NCBI GenBank assembly: GCA_963827235.1
Contig: CAWHAE010000019.1
Coordinates: forward strand, 128,001 to 192,000
DNA from: an uncultured bacterium
Lineage (GTDB): Bacteria; Chloroflexota; UBA5177; JANWHV01
Direction: 5' to 3'
Length of the DNA: 64,000 bases
Each line of letters opens with the position of its first letter. The stretch's first letter is position 1. The position numbers and the translations under genes are program-made. This document shows, piece after piece, positions 1 to 9,265 of the stretch. The notes beneath the pieces are model-generated. The model searched no databases. It had not been told where the DNA came from and saw only the letters and a program-made list of their open reading frames with translations.

Positions 1-268
1 TGTGCGCGAACTCGTAGACGTCGACCCATTTCGTGCTGTTGAACTGGCGGTAAACAGAGAATGCTTGTTCAAACAGGACAACCTGCCTATCGATGTCCTG
101 CGTGGCCATGACCATGGGGATGACATGCGCCACGATCCTGTTGGTGGGCGCGCTTACGCTCTGCACGCGCCCGATCGCCACCGAGCCAAAGGTGGCGAAG
201 ATGACCAGCACGAAGCCGAAGAGCGCGTAGAAACCCCAGGCTACTCGGGCCGACCTGTAAAGATCCAC
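1..268 (-). CDS. N-terminal part of a membrane-anchored sensor (histidine kinase/MCP-like), runs off the window
   Basis: Manual minus-strand translation from GTG at 268: MDLYRSARVAWGFYALFGFVLVIFATFGSVAIGRVQSV..., a TM helix followed by a helical extracytoplasmic segment. Confidence 0.55.
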   Translation of the reverse strand, partial: MDLYRSARVAWGFYALFGFVLVIFATFGSVAIGRVQSVSAPTNRIVAHVIPMVMATQDIDRQVVLFEQAFSVYRQFNSTKWVDVYEFAH

Positions 269-895
269 GTCCGGAACCGCGCGCTCCTCGCCTGCAGTGG
301 TCGTCTGCCGGCTATTTGCATTCGAAACTATGCGAAGTGTGTTCATTGCTGCCGCAGACCTATCAAGTCACCATGCTCATGCAACGCCTGCCGGGGCGTG
401 GGAGCATTGATCTGCCCTGGGCAAGCAAGATCTGTGCTCGCGGGACTTATCGTATTGGAGATTCGAGATCCCGACAATAGCATAGGTGGCAGTAAGGCAA
501 GCATGCCTCGAGCCTCCCGCCCGTGTCGCCGGCCGGCCGGGCGCAGGCTACTCTGCACGGGTCGATCGCTGGTGCGGGGCGCCCTGCTCGCAAGTGGCGG
601 CAAGCACACCCAAACGGGCGATAGACGCGACCTTCCCCGAATTCTACGGTAGAACCGAGGTGGGACGAAGTAGACTGCCAACGGTGGTCGCCCGAGGCGA
701 TGATCACATCGGCGCGGACCGGGGTCGGCCGCTGCACCGGCAGGCCGATCATGGGCTGTGCCGCTGCGGTGCTGTCGCCGGACCCGATCTGACGCGGGGC
801 GCGTCACGCCCCGCGTAGTCGACGCGAGCCGGTCTGCGAACGTGCCTATCGGATGGTAGTTTGATAACGGCAGGCAAGCATGGTCGGAGGCCGGC

Positions 896-3112
896 ATGAG
901 AAGCGCGGATATGGGACTGCAGAATACCGCTGCCCCGGACTCGCGCGACGCCGTCTTGTGGCTGCTCCGCACGACCAGCCGCATGGTGCGTTGCCGGACG
1001 GTGCCGGCCCTGCTGGAACTTGCCTATGACGCTATCCGCGAAGGTCTGGGCTACGATCGCGTTGGGCTGACCCTCGTGGACCGGGAGCGTGGTGGCCTGG
1101 TGGAGCAGATCGGCACCGACGAGCAGGGCCGCAAGTTCTATCCTCGTTCGCGCCTGCTCTCGATTGCTCCTGGCAGCTACCACGGCCGGATCCTGGCCGC
1201 GCCGAGCATGCAGGCAGACGGCGAGGGTTTCTGGTACCGCTCGAATGCCCTGGACGAGATGCCGCTCGAGCTGCGAGAGCATCTGGACGGTGCACCGCGC
1301 CAGAACCTCCTGGTGGCACTGCGTACTGCCGAAGCCGTACTGGGTTTGATCTCGGTCGATAACCTCATTACCGGGCGGCCCGTCACACCGGAGGAGGCGC
1401 CTCCGCTCGTGGCCTTTGCCAACGCTCTGGCGACCGCGCTCGACAACGTCTATCTGCTCGAGGGGCATGTCCGGCGTATCAGCGATCTCGATGTCAACCT
1501 GCGCCAGCGCATAAGTCAGCTGGAATGGCTGCGGGAAACCAGCCGGGCCATCACGGCCGCACGTACCCTGGAGGAGGTGCTCGACGTCGTCTATGATTGC
1601 GCGCGCGAGGGCCTGGGCTTCGACCGCGTGGGCATCATGCTCTTCGACCACAAGCGCAGGACGTGGGAGGAGCGGCGCGGCACCGACGAGCATGGTGGGA
1701 AAATGGCTCAGGCCACCCGCACAGACTCCATCGCCGCCGGGAGCGACAGCTGGAAGAACCCCGCGATGTCCTCTCTCCTGCGAGGGGAGGAGTACTACTA
1801 TACGAACGACGCCTGGTCTGATTTCCCCCCGGAGCTCCGTTACCTGCTGGACGGCCACGTCAAGCAGTGCCTGGTGGTGCCGCTGCAGTGCGGCGAACAA
1901 CTGACTGGGTCGATCTCCGTCGACAACCTGCTCAGTGGCCAGCCGCTCACCCTCGATGACGCTGAGCCTCTGGTCGCCGTTGCTCACCAGGTTGCCACGG
2001 CGATCGAGAATGCCCGGCTGCTGGAGCGCGAACAGGTTGAGCGCGAGCACCTGGCGTTGAGCGAGGCGCGCCTTCGCGCAGTGCTGCAGAGCTCGCCCAT
2101 CCTGCTTCTCAGTATGGATGGACGCGGCGAGATCACGCTGTCGACCGGCAATGATCTGGGTCTGTTGGAAGGGGACCCAGACGACCTTGCCGGAAAATGC
2201 ATTCGCGATGCGTTTGCGCATCGACCGGAGATGCTGGAGTGTTACGACCTGGCAGCAGCCGGGGAAGCGCAGACGGCTACAGTCGATCTGGGCGGAACGA
2301 GCGTGGAGGTCCACTGGACGCCTCAGCACGACATCACCGGCGCCAGTGCGGGAGTGATCGCTGTGGCTGTAGAGGTGACGGAGCGGGTTGCCGCGCAGCG
2401 CGCCGCGGAGGCGCTCGCCCGCCTGCGCAGCGACTTCGTCGCCTCCGTGAGCCACGAGCTGCGCACCCCGCTGACCGCTATCGTGGGGTACAGCGAGCTG
2501 TTGCAGACGCGGTGGGCCAGCTTCGACGAGACGCAACGGCTGGAGCACATCGCGAGGATCGTCACTTCCGCCAATCGCCAGAAGCGGATTGTCGACGACC
2601 TGCTGCTGCTCAGCCGCGTAGAGCAGGGCGACCTGCGTGCCGAGAACGGTCGCGTGCCAATGGCCCAGGTGATTGCGCGGGCGTCGGATGAGGTACGGAG
2701 CAGCTATCAGGGACAGCAGATTGACCTTCGCGGCCCCGCGGAGTTGCTCGCAAGCGGCGACATCGAGCGGGTGGTGCAGGTCATGGTCAACCTGATCGAC
2801 AATGCCGCGAAGTATTCTCCCGAAGGCAGTCCCATCATGGTTACGTGGTGCCAGGAGGGCGCGGAGGCGGTAGTGCGCGTTCGCGATCATGGGCCGGGAA
2901 TCCCACTCGCCGATCAGGACCAGCTATTCACGCGCTTCGGCAGAGTGCCCGGCAGCCGCACGCGGGCGGGCAGGGTCGGCACCGGCCTTGGACTCCACCT
3001 CGGCCGCCAGTTCGTCTACGCCATGGGTGGGCGCCTGGATCTGGAGGGCACCGGTCCGGGCGGCAGCATCTTCTGCTTGCGCTTACCGGTCGCCCAGAGC
3101 GGCGGCGCGTAG
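896..3112 (+). CDS. GAF-GAF-PAS sensor histidine kinase
   Basis: Two repeated GAF units (EGLGYDRVGL / EGLGFDRVGI; ISVDNL twice), H-box VSHELRTPLT, N-box NLIDNAAKYS, G-boxes DHGPG and GTGLGL. Confidence 0.92.
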   Translation: MRSADMGLQNTAAPDSRDAVLWLLRTTSRMVRCRTVPALLELAYDAIREGLGYDRVGLTLVDRERGGLVEQIGTDEQGRKFYPRSRLLSIAPGSYHGRILAAPSMQADGEGFWYRSNALDEMPLELREHLDGAPRQNLLVALRTAEAVLGLISVDNLITGRPVTPEEAPPLVAFANALATALDNVYLLEGHVRRISDLDVNLRQRISQLEWLRETSRAITAARTLEEVLDVVYDCAREGLGFDRVGIMLFDHKRRTWEERRGTDEHGGKMAQATRTDSIAAGSDSWKNPAMSSLLRGEEYYYTNDAWSDFPPELRYLLDGHVKQCLVVPLQCGEQLTGSISVDNLLSGQPLTLDDAEPLVAVAHQVATAIENARLLEREQVEREHLALSEARLRAVLQSSPILLLSMDGRGEITLSTGNDLGLLEGDPDDLAGKCIRDAFAHRPEMLECYDLAAAGEAQTATVDLGGTSVEVHWTPQHDITGASAGVIAVAVEVTERVAAQRAAEALARLRSDFVASVSHELRTPLTAIVGYSELLQTRWASFDETQRLEHIARIVTSANRQKRIVDDLLLLSRVEQGDLRAENGRVPMAQVIARASDEVRSSYQGQQIDLRGPAELLASGDIERVVQVMVNLIDNAAKYSPEGSPIMVTWCQEGAEAVVRVRDHGPGIPLADQDQLFTRFGRVPGSRTRAGRVGTGLGLHLGRQFVYAMGGRLDLEGTGPGGSIFCLRLPVAQSGGA

Positions 3113-3176
3113 GATATGATGTGCCGCTTGGGCGCGGCCCGCTGTGCCCGGCCGGCTGCACCGTCAGAGGGAGCAC

Positions 3177-4325
3177 ATGGAGGTTTGCATCGCGGGTCGC
3201 TCGCGCTTGCCGCTGTGGATCCAGCCCGATCGCAGCGCGACGGCGGAATTCTACTATCGCTGCTTCCTGCCGGCACAGGTCGTGGGCGGTGTAGTGGACA
3301 CCAAGCTCCTGGCTCCTCCCGAGGCCGTCGGCGCGCTGAGCGATCCCGCGGCCTACGAAGGGCAGCAGCCGGTTACCCTGTTCGCGCTCGGCAGCCCCAC
3401 GATCTTCAAGTTCCTCGGCATGCGATGCCCGTCGCAGGTGCCGGTGATCGAAGCAATCAATCGCTCGGGCGGCAGTGCCTGGATTGACGTAGACGACGAT
3501 TACTTCGCCATGCCGCCGTCCGCGGAGTTCATGGATCGGCTGCCTGTCCCTAGCCGCCTCGCTCTTTTCGGCTCGGCAGAGGAGGCAGCCGTGGAGCGCT
3601 GGCGCTCTCGTTGCGTTGAAGATTTCGCGCGGGCATTGCGAGCGGCGGCCGGTGTTATTGTGGCTACGCCTGCACTCGCCGATGTGGTGCGCCCGTATGC
3701 CGGCAACGTTCTGCTCATCCCCAACATGATCGATGCGGCACAGGCTCAATTCTCGGACCGTCCCCGCGATGGTATCGTCCGCATCGGTTATGGTGCTTCC
3801 GTCCTGCACGGAGGGGCGGATCTGCAGCTGGCGCTGCCGGCCCTTCTCACCTGCGCGCGCTTGCCTGACACCGAGCTTCACTTCTGGAGCGTATACCCGC
3901 CCGATCAACCCAGTCTGCAGCCGGGCACCTACGTGCTGGACGGCGTTCGTTACCACTACCACACTCGAGCAGAGAGCTTTCCCGAGTACCTGGCGGCGAT
4001 CAGCAGGCTCGACATTGCGGTGGCTCCCCAATGTGACACGCCGGCGAACCGGGCTCGATCTCACGGCAAGTGGCTGGAGCATGCAGTACACGGCACGGCA
4101 ATGGTCGTGTCCGCGATGCCGTCGTACTCCTGCGTCGAGCACGGTGTCACGGGATTCAAGGCGCGCGACGCGCACGAATTCGTTGAGTATGCGCAACGCC
4201 TGGTCCTGGATGCCGAGCTGCGCAGAAAGATAGGCCAGGCCGCGCAAGAACGTTGCCTGCGGCGACATACTCCTCAGGCGCTTGGCGCTGAGATACGTGC
4301 CCGCTTCGAGCAGGCGGTGTTGTAG
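3177..4325 (+). CDS. GT-B fold glycosyltransferase (GT4-like)
   Basis: DVDDDYF, LDIAVAP...NRARSHGKWLEH, VEHGVTGF, LVLDAELRRKIGQAA motifs; GAGG RBS before ATG 3177. Confidence 0.8.
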   Translation: MEVCIAGRSRLPLWIQPDRSATAEFYYRCFLPAQVVGGVVDTKLLAPPEAVGALSDPAAYEGQQPVTLFALGSPTIFKFLGMRCPSQVPVIEAINRSGGSAWIDVDDDYFAMPPSAEFMDRLPVPSRLALFGSAEEAAVERWRSRCVEDFARALRAAAGVIVATPALADVVRPYAGNVLLIPNMIDAAQAQFSDRPRDGIVRIGYGASVLHGGADLQLALPALLTCARLPDTELHFWSVYPPDQPSLQPGTYVLDGVRYHYHTRAESFPEYLAAISRLDIAVAPQCDTPANRARSHGKWLEHAVHGTAMVVSAMPSYSCVEHGVTGFKARDAHEFVEYAQRLVLDAELRRKIGQAAQERCLRRHTPQALGAEIRARFEQAVL

Positions 4326-4836
4326 CAGTCGCTCTACACGAATCCCCTGGCCCCTGAACATCGCTCGCCTGGAACATAGGTCGGCATACAAGACCGGCGC
4401 CTTCTTCTGAATGCTGTCCCTTGGAGAGCCGCCGGAGAGCCAGCATGCCTACTGCGGCGAGCGCAAGGCACGTGGTTTGCTCTGTGATGGTTTCGCACGG
4501 CATGGTTGAACGAGCATTTCACGCTTCCCTGTATCGGACGCCGAGCCGCGCGTGCCGCGCTGTGCCGGGCACGACGCGACGGAGCCGCCGCCGCGCGGGC
4601 AGCCGGCAACGCCCAGCCCTTGAGCTGCCTCGAAGCGGGCGCGAGCTCCTGGTCGAGTGGCGAGGCCCGCGCGTGGGCGCTCAAGCAGTGCGCGGATGTC
4701 GCTGCTCCTTCTTGGGCCGCGCTGGGGTGCACTCAGGTCCGCACCGGGCGCGATAAAGCGCCACCAATAGCACCGCGCCGCAGCCATGCAGGCGGCCAGC
4801 AGCGGCGTATAGGGCGGATGCCGCAGTGATGCGGCT

Positions 4837-5298
4837 TTAGCTGTGCTTGCCGAAGACGTCCAGGAGCTGGAACTGCGTGGCGCGCAGCTGCTCGGCAATG
4901 ATCACGGCAAAGCGTTTGTGCAATGCATAGCCCAGATTGTGATCCTCCTCGCATTTCAAGCGCAGGCACTCGCCGTCCAGGGCAAGGGCGCGTGTGAGCT
5001 CGAGCGCTCGCGCATCCATGTTCCAGCGGTAGGGCGGCACCAGCCAGGACCAGCCGAACACGTCACCCTCACTCATGGTCTGTATTGTGATCGGATCGTG
5101 TTCGCGCGAGAAGACCTCAAGCCGCACCGAACCGGCGCGGATGAGGAAGAACCGGTTGGCCAGCTCGCCCTCTCGAATGATGTACTCGCCGGCACTGAAC
5201 CGCACGTTCGACGCGCAGCCTACCAGGAGCTGCAGGTAGCGCTCTTCAAAGCCGGCGAAGAATGGGTGCCGCTCGAGGATGGGTTCCAGTGTCTGCAT
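4837..5298 (-). CDS. cyclic nucleotide-binding domain protein (Crp-like N domain, no HTH)
   Basis: HPFFAGF...EYIIREGELANRFFLIRAGSV...GDVFGWSWL; AGGAGG RBS. Confidence 0.88.
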   Translation of the reverse strand: MQTLEPILERHPFFAGFEERYLQLLVGCASNVRFSAGEYIIREGELANRFFLIRAGSVRLEVFSREHDPITIQTMSEGDVFGWSWLVPPYRWNMDARALELTRALALDGECLRLKCEEDHNLGYALHKRFAVIIAEQLRATQFQLLDVFGKHS

Positions 5299-5676
5299 CG
5301 ACTTCCTCCTTGCTAGTTGAGCCATTCATGGCTCCAGACAGGACTCCCCGCGCCACCGCGCGGTCACGCCGTTAGCCGCGAGCTGCTACTCCGTGATCCC
5401 TGCAGCCAGATGCTGTGCGATGCCGACACTCCGAGCATCCCGGCGTGTGCTCTCGTCCCTCCCTGTGTGCGCTGAGCGCGTGCGGCACAAGTCGCTCATG
5501 GGCAGCTCCGAAAGCAGGCCAGTCCCCGGCCTCTCCCGGTGCACCCTCATTGTGTGGACATACACCCTGCGGACGGCCTTGCCAAGAGCCGATCGGCCCA
5601 AAATACTCTGGTCGCCAGGAAAGTGAGTGCCGCCGCAAACGGCGCGACGTCAATGCGGCCCAGGCTTCCACCAACC

Positions 5677-5830
5677 GGGGGATAACTTGGCCACAATTTC
5701 GTGGATAAGTTGTGGCATGGTGTGGATAAAGTTTGGTAGGAGGAGGATAACCGGTCGAGGTTGGAGGATAAGCAGTGCGTGCTACCCATGGAGTGGCTGT
5801 TGAAAAGGGGCAGCCGCGGGCTGTGGATAA
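5677..5830. promoter_or_regulatory. cluster of DnaA boxes upstream of the dnaA paralog
   Basis: Perfect TGTGGATAA at 5721-5729 and 5822-5830; near matches at 5677, 5687 (opposite orientation), 5700, 5742 and 5763. Confidence 0.85.
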
Positions 5831-5844
5831 GCTCCCCGACGCGG

Positions 5845-5873
5845 TTGTCTGCCACCGCCTAGTCTGCTAAAGT
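5845..5873 (+). promoter_or_regulatory. putative sigma70 promoter of the dnaA paralog
   Basis: TTGTCT-17 nt-TAAAGT with extended -10 TG. Confidence 0.5.
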
Positions 5874-5906
5874 GGGCAAGGTTCTGAGTTAGGTAGGAGG
5901 GCAGGA

Positions 5907-6965
5907 ATGCTTGCGACACATAGGCAGTTACACACAGGGCAGCCGCCGCGCTATTCTTTTGCCTCGTTCGTATTCGGGCCCGAGAGTCTGCTCGCATATC
6001 GCGCCGCCTGGAATGTAGCAAACTCGCCGGGCACGACCTACAATCCGCTCTATCTTCAGAGCGCCCCGGGGATGGGCAAGACCCACCTCCTCAAGGCTAT
6101 CGCACAGCAGATTTCCCAGCTTGCCGGCATGCAGAACGTACTCTATGTCCCTGCCGAAACCGTGAGCCAGGAGTTCACGAGCGCTGTCCGTCAGCGCAGG
6201 GCCGAGGCCGTACGTGACCGCTACCGTTCGGTCGACGCCCTGTTGATCGACGACTTCCCGGTCCTGGCCGGCAGAACGGCCGTGCTCGAGGATCTCGCCT
6301 TCACCATCGACGCGCTGCGAGAGAATGGGCGACAGATCGTGCTGAGCGGTGAGAGCGACCCGGCGCTGATGAAAGACCTACCGGAGCGCCTGCGCTCGCG
6401 GCTGATCTCGGGCATGGTCGTGCGCGTTGGCAAGCCAAGCCTGCGCACGCGGCTGGTCCTGGCCCGCACCTTTGCGTCGTATACGCAGACCTGGTTTACC
6501 GAAGAGGCCCTGCACCTCCTCGCTCATCGCACCGCCGGTGGCGTGAACGAGCTGGAGACCGCAGTCCGGCGATGTGCCCACCTCGCCCCGCGTGGCACGG
6601 TTGTCGGCGCCACGATCGTGAAGAACGTCCTCTGTGACCTGCTGCGCCAGGCCCAGAACGCGCCCGTTCGCGGTGACGTGGAGACCATTCTTCGCGCCGT
6701 CTGCGCGGAGTTCGGCGTCAGCAAGGACGACCTGTTGAGCAAGAAGCGCGAAGCCACGATCTCCCAAGCCCGCCAGATCGCCATGTTCTTGCTGCGCGAG
6801 GATGCCGGACTCACGGTCGCCCGTATTGGCCGAGAGCTGGAGCGCGACCACTCGACGGTTCTACACGGCTGCAAGCGGATCGAGACGGCAACCGCGTCAA
6901 ACGACGAATCGATCATCCAGGCCATCTCGGCGGTGCGAGAGAATCTTCTCGACGCCCTGGCATGA
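5907..6965 (+). CDS. dnaA: DnaA-like protein (AAA+ domain III plus DNA-binding domain IV only)
   Basis: YSFASFVFG, YNPLYL, Walker A GMGKT, Walker B LLIDD, RLRSRL, RQIAMFL...RDHSTVLHG signature; AGGAGG RBS. Confidence 0.9.
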   Translation: MLATHRQLHTGQPPRYSFASFVFGPESLLAYRAAWNVANSPGTTYNPLYLQSAPGMGKTHLLKAIAQQISQLAGMQNVLYVPAETVSQEFTSAVRQRRAEAVRDRYRSVDALLIDDFPVLAGRTAVLEDLAFTIDALRENGRQIVLSGESDPALMKDLPERLRSRLISGMVVRVGKPSLRTRLVLARTFASYTQTWFTEEALHLLAHRTAGGVNELETAVRRCAHLAPRGTVVGATIVKNVLCDLLRQAQNAPVRGDVETILRAVCAEFGVSKDDLLSKKREATISQARQIAMFLLREDAGLTVARIGRELERDHSTVLHGCKRIETATASNDESIIQAISAVRENLLDALA

Positions 6966-6985
6966 ACAGCGCCCGATCGAGACGG

Positions 6986-7018
6986 AAACAAGCCCGGCAT
7001 TCACTGCCGGGCTTGTTT
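6986..7018. terminator. bidirectional intrinsic terminator
   Basis: Perfect 14-bp inverted repeat AAACAAGCCCGGCA-ttcac-TGCCGGGCTTGTTT between convergent genes. Confidence 0.8.
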
Positions 7019-7050
7019 AGTCCCAGGTACTCGAGAGACCGCACCGCCTC

Positions 7051-7416
7051 TCAGCCGCGCGTATCGCCAAACGCCGACCCATACCTGTGCCAGCGCTCGC
7101 GAAATTCGACGGTTGCGCGGAGGCAGGCAATGCACACGTTGCCCGCGCCCGTTGGATTCGACACCGTGCCGCCGCACAGCTCGCACACGTGCGCGGCACA
7201 ACTGGCACAAATCTGGACTTCGGATAGGTCATACGCGCGGTGACAATATCGGCAGTTTACGGACAGCGGCGCCGCCAGAACCACCGGGCGGCCTTCCCCG
7301 GTCCGCGTTTCGACAAACGGAACCCGACCCCCGAAGACGCGCTGACTTTCCACGGCTCGCCACCCCTCCAGGATTCTGTAGATGTAATCCTCGTGCTCGG
7401 TGGACCAAAGCATCAT
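7051..7416 (-). CDS. small Cys-rich (putative zinc-finger) hypothetical protein
   Basis: Four CxxC pairs: CRYC, CASC, CELC, CIAC; ends next to the terminator. Confidence 0.6.
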   Translation of the reverse strand: MMLWSTEHEDYIYRILEGWRAVESQRVFGGRVPFVETRTGEGRPVVLAAPLSVNCRYCHRAYDLSEVQICASCAAHVCELCGGTVSNPTGAGNVCIACLRATVEFRERWHRYGSAFGDTRG

Positions 7417-7586
7417 GCAATGACGGAGGACGCCAGTCCTCCGCCGTGGACGCGCAACGCTGCGTCTCTCGAGGAAATGCGCCGCGCATCACCATCGTGG
7501 TGCAGTCCCGTACAACAATCAATAGCACGTTTGGAGGCCTTGCGTTGATGCGTGGTGGATAGCTGGATTGCGCGGCGCAAAACGCC

Positions 7587-7886
7587 TTATGCGTCCTCCA
7601 GCGGTACCAGCTCGGCGACCAACGTCCACACGCCATGGCCCTCCCGGCGGGCGCCGATCACGATGTCGGCGGTGAGCGCATCGGATCGGTAGCGTGTCAG
7701 GTTGTGGCGGAATGTTCTCTCGTTGGCGACGTAGCGGAGGGCGATCAGGCGTGACAGCCGGTTGACAGTGCGCATGTTCTCCCGGCCCGACTCCGTGATC
7801 GACGTCGTCCTGCCGTGAGCGGCCTCAAGTATCTTCGCGACCGCGGCCCGCAGATCATCGCCTGTCGTCTCCGGGTTACTATCCAT
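7587..7886 (-). CDS. hypothetical protein
   Basis: MDSNPETTGDDLRAAVAKIL..., protein-like composition, GGAG upstream. Confidence 0.5.
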   Translation of the reverse strand: MDSNPETTGDDLRAAVAKILEAAHGRTTSITESGRENMRTVNRLSRLIALRYVANERTFRHNLTRYRSDALTADIVIGARREGHGVWTLVAELVPLEDA

Positions 7887-8024
7887 CACTCTGCTCTCCG
7901 CGCGATACTGTGGTCCGTGGGCGCCCGTGGCAAGTGAGACCACGGGGCTCGAACGCTGCACCACGAGGCCACCGCGCCCGCGGGAAGAACCTGTCTCACG
8001 GGCGCGGCGGCCTCGCCTGCACAC

Positions 8025-9224
8025 CTACTTCTCCTGCCCCTGATCGTCCGCCGACGGGTCGATCACTCGCACCATGATCACGCCCTCGATGGCGCGCAGC
8101 CGATCGATCAGACCCGGATGCACGTCACCTTCTACGTCGATGATGTTGTACGCGTAATCGCCCCTGTGGCGATTGATCATGTCCGAGATGTTGATGCCTT
8201 CCCCGGCAAGGAGGGTCGAGATTTGGCCCACCATGTTTGGGATGTTGCGGTTGGCAACGACAATGCGCCTGTTGTCGCCAAGCAAGTCGAGCTCGCAGTC
8301 CGGGAAATTGACCGCGTTCTTGGTGTTGCCCACCTCCAGGAAGCCGATCAGCTGATTGACGGCCATGATCGCGCAGTTGTCCTCCGCCTCGGGCGTCGAA
8401 GCGCCCAGGTGGGGGAAACAGATCACGTTGTCGAGTCTGAGCAGCTCTTCGTCCGGGAAATCCGTGACGTAGGTGGACACGATGCCGGCCGATATGGCGG
8501 TGCGCAGAGCTTCGTTGTCGACCAGGGGCCCTCGCGCAAGGTTCAGCAGCCTGGTGCCCTTCTTCATGACGGCAAATCGCTCTCGGCTGAGCAGGCCCTT
8601 CGTGTCGGCATTCAGCGGCACGTGCAGGGTGATGTAGTCGGAATCCGCCAGCAAGCTGTCCAGGCTGCGCGCACGCTTGACGCTGCGTGAGAGACCCCAT
8701 GCAGCCTCCACGGAGATGTAAGGATCGTAGCCGGTGACCTGCATGCCCAGGCCCACGGCATCGTTGGCGACCATCACGCCGATGGCGCCCAGACCGACCA
8801 CGCCGAGATTCTTGCCCTTGATCTCCGGTCCGGCGAACTGGCTCTTGCCTTTCTCGATCAGACCGGGCACCGCGTCTCCCTGCCCGATCAGGCTCGCAGC
8901 CCACTGCACGCCGGGAAGCACCTTGCGGGAAGAGAGCAGGAGCCCGGCGATCACCAGCTCCTTGACCCCGTTCGCGTTGGCTCCGGGCGTATTGAAGACC
9001 ACAATGCCCCGGGCCGAACACTTCTCGAGCGGGATGTTGTTCACGCCCGCACCCGCGCGGGCGATCGCTTTCACCGATTCGGGAATCTGCATCTCCAGCA
9101 TGTTTGCACTGCGCACGAGGATCGCGTCGGGGTTGACTATCTCCGACGCGACCTCGAAGGTGTCTCGCGAGAACAGCTCGATCCCGACTTTCGAGACCTT
9201 GTTGAGCGTCTGTATTCTGTACAT
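8025..9224 (-). CDS. serA: D-3-phosphoglycerate dehydrogenase with C-terminal ACT domain
   Basis: ARAGAGVNNI, NTPGANA, GLGAIG, PHLGAST, NRNIPNMVGQI; follows serC. Confidence 0.95.
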   Translation of the reverse strand: MYRIQTLNKVSKVGIELFSRDTFEVASEIVNPDAILVRSANMLEMQIPESVKAIARAGAGVNNIPLEKCSARGIVVFNTPGANANGVKELVIAGLLLSSRKVLPGVQWAASLIGQGDAVPGLIEKGKSQFAGPEIKGKNLGVVGLGAIGVMVANDAVGLGMQVTGYDPYISVEAAWGLSRSVKRARSLDSLLADSDYITLHVPLNADTKGLLSRERFAVMKKGTRLLNLARGPLVDNEALRTAISAGIVSTYVTDFPDEELLRLDNVICFPHLGASTPEAEDNCAIMAVNQLIGFLEVGNTKNAVNFPDCELDLLGDNRRIVVANRNIPNMVGQISTLLAGEGINISDMINRHRGDYAYNIIDVEGDVHPGLIDRLRAIEGVIMVRVIDPSADDQGQEK

Positions 9225-9265
9225 CTTATCCCCGGGTCTGGAACTACTAGTCCGACAGCTGTCTG

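Noticed and set aside
749-2890. Long antisense ORFs (this one, 2928..4391, 34002..35528 and similar)
   Set aside because: Shadow frames of real GC-rich genes with no motifs
5677-6965. Canonical oriC-dnaA locus
   Set aside because: DnaA lacks domains I-II, dnaN/rpmH are not adjacent and no AT-rich DUE is visible; kept as an atypical locus instead
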